Below, piece by piece: positions 57,276-64,000 of a stretch of 64,000 bases of DNA; within the stretch, counting starts at the first letter, position 1; each line of letters begins with the position of its first letter. The notes beneath the pieces were generated by a model. The model searched no databases and was not told the origin of the DNA. It worked only from the letters and a program-made list of their open reading frames with translations. The stretch is from Bdellovibrionota bacterium (GTDB lineage Bacteria; Bdellovibrionota; UBA1018; CAIPTA01; JAALKR01), in NCBI GenBank assembly GCA_965207455.1, contig CBDBMJ010000001.1:1056001-1120000 (forward strand). Reading direction: 5' to 3'. Position numbers and translations under genes: made by a program.

Positions 57276-58910
57276 ATGAAAACTACCCATACACTACTTA
57301 TTGCCATCCTAACCATTGCTAGCCTAGCTGGCTGTAGTCAAAATCCACAAAAAGGTACAGGTGGGGTAAGTACTTTTTATCAAAACCTTGGAGCAGAACC
57401 CAGTACTCTCAATCCTATCACAAGTACAGATGTATACTCGTTAATAATACGAGGATATATAGTAGATAGCCTCATGACACGCAATAAAGATACCTACAAA
57501 TGGGAGCCATCCCTAGCCACCAGTGTAACCACTTCCAAAGATGGAAAGATATTCACCGTAAAGATTCGAAAGGGTGTGACCTTTAGCGATGGAAAACCTC
57601 TCACAGCACAGGATGTAAAATTTAGCTTTGATGTGTATTTTGACGACACTTATAATGCTGTCCATGTACGTACGTACCTTGAGGGTATTAAAAAAGTGGA
57701 GGTTGTAGACCCCTACACTATTCGCTTCCATGCAAAAGAAACCTATTTTGGAAACTACAACATAGTAGCTGGTCTTAATATTATTCCTAAGCATATTTAT
57801 GAAGATGCAAAGGTGGGAAGGAAAAAGAATAAAACGGTTATTGGTTCTGGTCCCTATATACTCCACAAATACGACCAAGGAAAACGCCTCATACTGAAAA
57901 GAAATCCCAATTGGTGGGGCTATAAAGACCTCAAAGAAAAAGCAGAGAAACGTTATAATTTCGACACTCTCGCATTTCGCTTTATCAAAGAAAATCAAGT
58001 GGCCATAGAAACCATGAAGAAAGGTTCTTTAGATTTCCTAGGTCTTACTCCAGAAGACTATGTAAAGAAAACATCAGGACCATTATGGAAAACAAAGCTA
58101 GTGAAGAAGAAAACAAAAAACCAAGCGCCCAAGGGATACGGCTATATTGGCTGGAATTTAAAGAATGATTTATTCAAAGATAGGCGAGTACGACGAGCTC
58201 TAAACCACCTTGTGAATCGGGAAATGATGAATAAAAAATTCCGCTTTAATATGTCCAAGCTAGCTACTGGTCCTTGGTATAGGGACAGTATCTACGCTGA
58301 CCCAACAGTAAAGCCCATCCTTTTCTCTCCAAAGAAAGCCCAAGCACTCCTTAAGGCAGCGGGCTGGCGCGATTCAGACAAAAACAGTATTTTAGAGAAG
58401 AAAAATAAAAAGGGGAAAAAGCAGGAGTTTAGCTTCACCCTAATGTTTGCCAACAAGGACAGTGAGAAATACTGGACCCTCTTCAAGGAAGACCTTAAAA
58501 AGAACGGGATTCAAATGAACTTGAAGTTCATTGAATGGAATAGTTTTATACAGCTCCTTGATGAGAAAAAGTTTGAAGCTGTGGTCCTAGGCTGGGGAGG
58601 TGGATCCGTGGATCTGGACCCCAAGCAAATATGGCATTCCTCTAGTGCGAACAAAGGGGGTTCCAACTTCATATCCTATAAGAATAAAAAAGTGGACAAG
58701 CTGATTGAAAAAGCAAGGCTGCAACTTAACCGAGATGATAGAGTAAAAACCCTGAGAAAAGTCTATTCCCTTATAGCCAACGATGCTCCCTACGCTTTTC
58801 TCTTCAACTCGAAATTTGTTTTATATGCAAAACAAAGTCGTATACAGCAGAAAAAAGACAGCTATAACTACACTTTAGGTGAAGATTATTGGTGGCTACA
58901 GCGAGAGTAG
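57276..58910 (+). CDS. Peptide ABC transporter substrate-binding lipoprotein (family 5)
   Basis: Lipobox LAGC, EPSTLNP, FSDGKPLTAQDVKFS, GSGPY. SD GAAAGGA. Confidence 0.92.
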   Translation: MKTTHTLLIAILTIASLAGCSQNPQKGTGGVSTFYQNLGAEPSTLNPITSTDVYSLIIRGYIVDSLMTRNKDTYKWEPSLATSVTTSKDGKIFTVKIRKGVTFSDGKPLTAQDVKFSFDVYFDDTYNAVHVRTYLEGIKKVEVVDPYTIRFHAKETYFGNYNIVAGLNIIPKHIYEDAKVGRKKNKTVIGSGPYILHKYDQGKRLILKRNPNWWGYKDLKEKAEKRYNFDTLAFRFIKENQVAIETMKKGSLDFLGLTPEDYVKKTSGPLWKTKLVKKKTKNQAPKGYGYIGWNLKNDLFKDRRVRRALNHLVNREMMNKKFRFNMSKLATGPWYRDSIYADPTVKPILFSPKKAQALLKAAGWRDSDKNSILEKKNKKGKKQEFSFTLMFANKDSEKYWTLFKEDLKKNGIQMNLKFIEWNSFIQLLDEKKFEAVVLGWGGGSVDLDPKQIWHSSSANKGGSNFISYKNKKVDKLIEKARLQLNRDDRVKTLRKVYSLIANDAPYAFLFNSKFVLYAKQSRIQQKKDSYNYTLGEDYWWLQRE

Positions 58911-58913
58911 ATT

Positions 58914-59951
58914 TTGTATACTTATATACTTCGAAGAGCATTACTAACTATTCCAACGTTGATTGGAATCACCCTTGTTTGCTTTTGCATTATCAACCTA
59001 GCTCCCGGATCCCCCATTGAACAAAAACTACAAGCAATGCGCTTTGGGGGCGCTATGGGTAATGGTGGTACCCAGGGAGGCGGCTCTGCCAGAAACGACC
59101 AAGGTGTTTCCAACGAAGTAATGGAAGCGCTGAAAAAGCAATATGGCTTTGATAAGCCTCTCCATATTCGCTATCTAATATGGGTAAAAAATATAGTTAC
59201 TCTAGACTTTGGAGAAAGTTTTACCTACGAAGAGCCCGTTATAGGGTTAATTGTGAGAAAGTTTCCCGTATCCTTGCAGTTTGGTATCACAAGCCTCATA
59301 CTTACCTATCTTATTTGTATTCCCTTAGGTGTATTCCAAGCTATTCGTAAAGGTTCTACTTTCGATAAAATAAGTAGTTTTATACTATTAGTTCTATACT
59401 CCGTTCCAACCGTTATGCTAGCCATCTTATTAATTGTTTTCTTATCTGGCGGCAGTTATTTCAGCTTTTTTCCTGTGGGAGAACTCTACTCCGATCAGTA
59501 CCACTCCCTATCTTTTTTTGGCAAGGTAGCCGATAGGTTCCACCACGCAGTTCTCCCTCTCACTTGTTACATGATTGGAAGTTTCACTGTACTTACAAAA
59601 TTAATGAAGAACTCCATGCTGGAAGTGGTGGCTCAGGATTATATACGAACAGCCCAAGCCAAGGGGCTAGCAGAAAAAGTAGTCTACTATAAACATGCCC
59701 TACGAAATGCCTTGATTCCCATCGTAACGGGCTTGAGTGGATTCTTAGGCATATTCTTTGCTGGATCTCTCATTATTGAGACAATTTTTCAGCTCGACGG
59801 CATTGGTCTCCTCTCCTTTAATTCCATTCTATCCAGAGATTATAATGTAATTATGGCCTTAATATTTATACAGTCCATACTTGTCCTAGTAGGAAAATTA
59901 ATAGTCGATGTGGCTTATACGGTGATAGATCCCAGAATTGATTTCGCATGA
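58914..59951 (+). CDS. Peptide ABC transporter permease (OppB/YejB-like)
   Basis: YGFDKPLHIRY, DYIRTAQAKGL, HALRNAL, DPRI. Confidence 0.93.
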   Translation: MYTYILRRALLTIPTLIGITLVCFCIINLAPGSPIEQKLQAMRFGGAMGNGGTQGGGSARNDQGVSNEVMEALKKQYGFDKPLHIRYLIWVKNIVTLDFGESFTYEEPVIGLIVRKFPVSLQFGITSLILTYLICIPLGVFQAIRKGSTFDKISSFILLVLYSVPTVMLAILLIVFLSGGSYFSFFPVGELYSDQYHSLSFFGKVADRFHHAVLPLTCYMIGSFTVLTKLMKNSMLEVVAQDYIRTAQAKGLAEKVVYYKHALRNALIPIVTGLSGFLGIFFAGSLIIETIFQLDGIGLLSFNSILSRDYNVIMALIFIQSILVLVGKLIVDVAYTVIDPRIDFA

Positions 59952-60967
59952 TAGAATCCCGAATAAAAAATAAATTATCTCTCCGCCGCTACCGAAAATT
60001 TAAATCCAGCAAAAGTGCTGTAATATCTATTATTTTTTTATGTATCTGTTTTTTCTTTAGCTTAAGTGCAGAGTTTTGGGCTAATGATAAACCCATCGTA
60101 CTTAAATACAACGGATCCCTTTATTTTCCCATTGTAAAAGACTACCACCCCACAGTTTTTGGAAACGACCAAATGATTCTCACAGACTATAGAAAGCTAG
60201 ACATGGGAGAAAAGGATTTTGCCATTTGGACTCTCCTTTATTGGAATCCCTATGAGCACAATGCGAATGAGGAAACCTATCCGTCGGCGCCTTCTTTGAA
60301 AAACATCATGGGCACTGACGATAGGGGACGGGACGTGGCTGCAAGGCTACTCTATGGTTTTCGTTATAGCATGACCTACGCCATCTTTGTCTTTATCATT
60401 TCCTATATACTGGGTATTGTGGCTGGTGCTATTATGGGCTACTTTGGAGGCCTAACGGACCTCCTTGGTCAACGGGTAATTGAAGTATGGGAGTCCATTC
60501 CAGTGCTCATACTTCTGCTCACTCTCATTAGTATATTCCAGCCCAATATTGCCTTATTAATTTTTATTTCCAGCCTATTTGGTTGGATGGGCACTTCCAC
60601 CTATGTGCGAGCAGAGTTTTTAAAAATAAGAAAAATGGAATTTGTGGAAGCTAGTCGATCGTTGGGCATGTCCAACACTCGAACTATTTTCCATCATGTG
60701 TTGCCCAACTCCCTTGGTCCCATTATTACTTTCGCTCCGTTCACCATTGCCTCAGGTGTGGGAGCCCTTGCTATCTTGGATTTCTTGGGCTTTGGACTAC
60801 AACCGCCCACTCCCAGTTGGGGTGAGTTATTGGCACAAGCAAAAAATAATTTCACCATTGCTTGGTGGCTTGCTGTATTCCCATCAATCGCTCTTTTCTC
60901 CACTCTCCTATCCCTTATCTTAATCGGTGATAGTGTGCGAGACGCATTGGATCCTCGTGAGAACTAG
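59948..60967 (+). CDS. Peptide ABC transporter permease (OppC/YejE-like)
   Basis: GTDDRGRDV, EFVEASRSLG, PSWGELL, RDALDPR. Confidence 0.93.
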   Translation: MIESRIKNKLSLRRYRKFKSSKSAVISIIFLCICFFFSLSAEFWANDKPIVLKYNGSLYFPIVKDYHPTVFGNDQMILTDYRKLDMGEKDFAIWTLLYWNPYEHNANEETYPSAPSLKNIMGTDDRGRDVAARLLYGFRYSMTYAIFVFIISYILGIVAGAIMGYFGGLTDLLGQRVIEVWESIPVLILLLTLISIFQPNIALLIFISSLFGWMGTSTYVRAEFLKIRKMEFVEASRSLGMSNTRTIFHHVLPNSLGPIITFAPFTIASGVGALAILDFLGFGLQPPTPSWGELLAQAKNNFTIAWWLAVFPSIALFSTLLSLILIGDSVRDALDPREN

Positions 60968-61162
60968 CTTCCTCTTATTTTCTTGAAAGTTCATATAGAG
61001 AAAGTTTATGCATAAAATGATCTTATCTCCATCCTCTATATCAACATTATTTCTTTCAATCTGTTTCAAGAGTTTAATTTTTATGATAGAAAACTAAAAA
61101 TTATTTAACCAGTGGTTCAGAATTTGTACCACCATCGACTGTGCTTTCCATGTTAATGCAAA

Positions 61163-63661
61163 TTAATTTTTAACAACAATATTATAGATTTTGTCGGCGA
61201 TATAAATAGTTTTTACTACAGAGCTGCTGGAAAGATCCACAACCTTATCTCCTAGATGATCTTTGATGGCTTTTTCCACTTCTTCTTTGCTGGAGCTTCG
61301 ATTCATTTCCAGCACGCCACGTTTCTTTCCGTTTTCTTGCACCACTATGGTGACGAGGGGTCGTTCCAGATAATTTGTTTCTAGCTTGGGCCAGGGGCGC
61401 TTATATAACGGAATGGAACCAAAATATTGTAACAACAGGGCTTCACTGAAGTAGGGGGCAAATGGACCCATGGCAATGATAAATTCTTTAACCAAATGTG
61501 CAGTGACAATAAGCTCTCCGTCTTTCTCTTTACCTTTCTTGGAATCTAAATATTTAGTTAGGGTGTGGGAAAGTTCATAGAGTTTAGCTACAGAGTTATG
61601 GAAGCGATATTCTCGTATGGTGAAGTTTAGTTGGTCGAGAAGGCCGTAGAAACTATATAAAACGTCGGGGCTGGAGCAGGTTTTAAAATCCACCTTGAGT
61701 TCCTGTTGTAAGTCTATTTTTTCATTTATCGATGATAAAAAAACAGAAAGCTTACGATAGGTGCGGCAAATAAATTCATACTTCCCCTGGATGCCGCTAT
61801 CGTTCCAGGCGATGTCTATTTCCGCTGGGGTGTCACTCAAGATGTACAATCGTAAGGCGTCGGAACCGTATTTTTTTACTATCTCCGTGGGAGTGATTAC
61901 ATTTCCCTTGGACTTACTCATTTTACTACCACCTAAGCAAACCATGCCATTACAAAAGAAATGATCCACAGGTTCTGAAAAGTTTATTAAACCTATGTCT
62001 TGAAAAAATTTTGTGAAAAATCGAAAATAAATCATGTGCAAAGCTGCGTGCTCTAAACCACCCACATAGAAATCAATGGGCATCCATGCATTTATATATT
62101 CAGAGGAAAATGCTTCTTTGTGGTTATGAGGATCTAAAAATCGGTAAGCATACCAAGAACTGCAAATAAAAGTATCCAGTGTGTCTATCTCCCGTTGTGC
62201 AGGAGCCTTACACTTGGGGCAAGTGGTTTTCTTATGGGCTTCCAATGCCTTTGCATCACGCTCCTTGGGCAATAAGATGGGTAAGTCTTCCTCAGGCACT
62301 GGCACTGTTCCACATTTGCTACAATAAATAATAGGAATGGGACAACCCCAATAACGCTGACGACCCACGGACCAATCCCTAAGATTATAATTCGTGCAAG
62401 CCCTGCCCATACCAATTTCCACCAAGCGGGCTGTAATTTTCTCCCTTGCCTCTGAAGAAGACAAACCATTAAAATGATCACTGTTGATGAGAACACCGTC
62501 GTCCACCCAAGCGTCGTTCTGTAGGTCGCCACTTTTTCCCTCAGCTGGCGCCACCACCTCGATGATGTCTAAGTCGAATTTTTTCATAAACTCAAAGTCA
62601 CGGGTATCATGGGCAGGCACACACATCACAGCCCCTGTGCCATAATCAAACACCACATAATCCCCTATCCAAATTTCTATCTTTTTGTTCGTCAATGGAT
62701 GGCAGCAAAAGAAACCCGTGGGCACTCCCGTTTTTACGGTACTCTCCATGCGCTCCACAGAACTTTTCTTCAAGGAGGACACCACATAGTCCTCTAACTT
62801 TTTATCCTTACTCTCCTTTATAATACTTTTCACAAGAGGATGCTCAGGGGCTAACACTAAAGCCGTTACTCCAAACAAAGTGTCTGCCCTTGTGGTAAAA
62901 ACAGATATTTTTTTGTCCTGAAAAGAAAAATCTAACTCTGTCCCCGTAGACTTATTGATCCAGTTTCGTTGAACAGCCACCGCCTCAGGTGCCCAGTTTT
63001 TTAATTTGGGTAAGTCGTCCCATAGACGCTGGGAATAGTCGGTGAGTCTTAAGAACCATTGCTCCAGCTCTATTTTCTTTACCTCGGATCCATCACGCCA
63101 GCAACGCCCGTCAATGACCTGCTCATTAGCCAATACCGTCTTATCCACCTCACACCAATTCACAAGCGCAGATTTCTTATACGCCTTCTTATGCTTATAA
63201 AATTGTAAAAATATCCATTGGGACCAACGATAATAGTCGGGATCGCTGGTGTTGAGCTCCTTATCCCAATCAAAGGACCAACCCATGCTGGCAAACTCCA
63301 CGTCCTTCATCTGTCGAATATTTCCCTGTGTGAATTCTGTTGGATGAATATTACTCGCAATGGCTGCATTTTCTGCTGGCAAACCAAACGCATCCCAACC
63401 CATTGGGTTTATCACACTCTTGCCCTTAGCCTTCTGGTAGCGTGCCACCACGTCCACCAAAGTATTTACCCGCACATGCCCCATGTGGGCATTACCCGAA
63501 GGATAGGGAAACATCCCTAGCGCGTAGTAAGAGTTATTTTGTCCTTGAGGAACGTCGCAAAAAAAAACGTTCTGATTACGGTTCTGACGATTGACCCATT
63601 CGACTATCTTATTAAAATCGTACTCTTTGGAAATACCTTCTTCAAAATTTTCTGTCATCAT
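61163..63661 (-). CDS. leuS: Leucine--tRNA ligase
   Basis: MFPYPSG..HMGH, GWDAFGLPAENAAI, editing motifs TTRADT and GTGAVMCVPAHD.RD, KMSKSKGN. Confidence 0.92.
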   Translation of the reverse strand: MMTENFEEGISKEYDFNKIVEWVNRQNRNQNVFFCDVPQGQNNSYYALGMFPYPSGNAHMGHVRVNTLVDVVARYQKAKGKSVINPMGWDAFGLPAENAAIASNIHPTEFTQGNIRQMKDVEFASMGWSFDWDKELNTSDPDYYRWSQWIFLQFYKHKKAYKKSALVNWCEVDKTVLANEQVIDGRCWRDGSEVKKIELEQWFLRLTDYSQRLWDDLPKLKNWAPEAVAVQRNWINKSTGTELDFSFQDKKISVFTTRADTLFGVTALVLAPEHPLVKSIIKESKDKKLEDYVVSSLKKSSVERMESTVKTGVPTGFFCCHPLTNKKIEIWIGDYVVFDYGTGAVMCVPAHDTRDFEFMKKFDLDIIEVVAPAEGKSGDLQNDAWVDDGVLINSDHFNGLSSSEAREKITARLVEIGMGRACTNYNLRDWSVGRQRYWGCPIPIIYCSKCGTVPVPEEDLPILLPKERDAKALEAHKKTTCPKCKAPAQREIDTLDTFICSSWYAYRFLDPHNHKEAFSSEYINAWMPIDFYVGGLEHAALHMIYFRFFTKFFQDIGLINFSEPVDHFFCNGMVCLGGSKMSKSKGNVITPTEIVKKYGSDALRLYILSDTPAEIDIAWNDSGIQGKYEFICRTYRKLSVFLSSINEKIDLQQELKVDFKTCSSPDVLYSFYGLLDQLNFTIREYRFHNSVAKLYELSHTLTKYLDSKKGKEKDGELIVTAHLVKEFIIAMGPFAPYFSEALLLQYFGSIPLYKRPWPKLETNYLERPLVTIVVQENGKKRGVLEMNRSSSKEEVEKAIKDHLGDKVVDLSSSSVVKTIYIADKIYNIVVKN

Positions 63662-64000
63662 CAATAGTCTATACCACCAGTAGTGCCTCCTCCACCTATA
63701 TATACACCAGTAGTGGGAGCCGGCATACTTTTAGGCATGCCAAATGGTCTGGTAGCTGCACTACTGGAGGTTTTCACAGGATAGCAAGGGTCAGTTACCG
63801 CATTCCAAGAACTACTTGTTAAAACAAATTCCTCTCCAGACTCATTGAATAAACCGGTCAAATCCTGTTCGCTCAAATTAAATAGGGTAAGGTAACAAAG
63901 CTTAGCATTTTTAACTGAGTACCGATCTCCGCAGTCGTCCTTTAATTTACCCCACATATATTGAAAGAATTCTTTCTTATCCTGCTCACCAAACGCCGCT
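63661..64000 (-). CDS. Hypothetical protein, 3' end only (frame open to the window edge)
   Basis: Frame stays open upstream of 63957 (…AAFGEQDKKEFFQYMWGK…). Its TGA overlaps the leuS ATG. Confidence 0.65.
   Translation of the reverse strand, partial: AAFGEQDKKEFFQYMWGKLKDDCGDRYSVKNAKLCYLTLFNLSEQDLTGLFNESGEEFVLTSSSWNAVTDPCYPVKTSSSAATRPFGMPKSMPAPTTGVYIGGGGTTGGIDY

Overview
Bacterial chromosomal segment made mostly of housekeeping genes. The gene repertoire suggests a Bdellovibrionota/Oligoflexia-like (deltaproteobacterial) organism, which is an inference from the Tad-domain, GYF-PilZ, VWA lipoprotein and Cys-rich secreted proteins. Core content: acyl-CoA dehydrogenase/crt/hbd, xerC, eno-ftsB, rlmN, rimP-nusA-infB-rbfA-truB, rpsT, mltB, ggt, mltD-maiA, hflKC, atoB-scoAB, pyrE, tRNA-Cys, queE, rpmB, pyrD, lon, a peptide ABC transporter and leuS. 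Accessory or unusual content: an orphan TadG-like gene; a complete IS1595 with an 8-bp target duplication and a frameshifted transposase; two other IS remnants; a basic/acidic diblock histone-H1-like protein; a SelO-like pseudokinase with rewired motifs; and an HTTM-DCC1 gene broken in an A9 tract. An islet beside tRNA-Cys holds a 12x Ig-repeat/DUF285 surface protein and two divergent paralogous small exported proteins, one behind a sigma54 promoter and one behind a palindrome-covered sigma70 promoter. At least four genes have a -35/-10 promoter ending exactly 6 nt before the start codon (candidate leaderless mRNAs). The LeuRS has unusual residues after its HIGH motif. No CRISPR array, rRNA or prophage was seen. 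All family assignments come from recalled motifs, not database searches.
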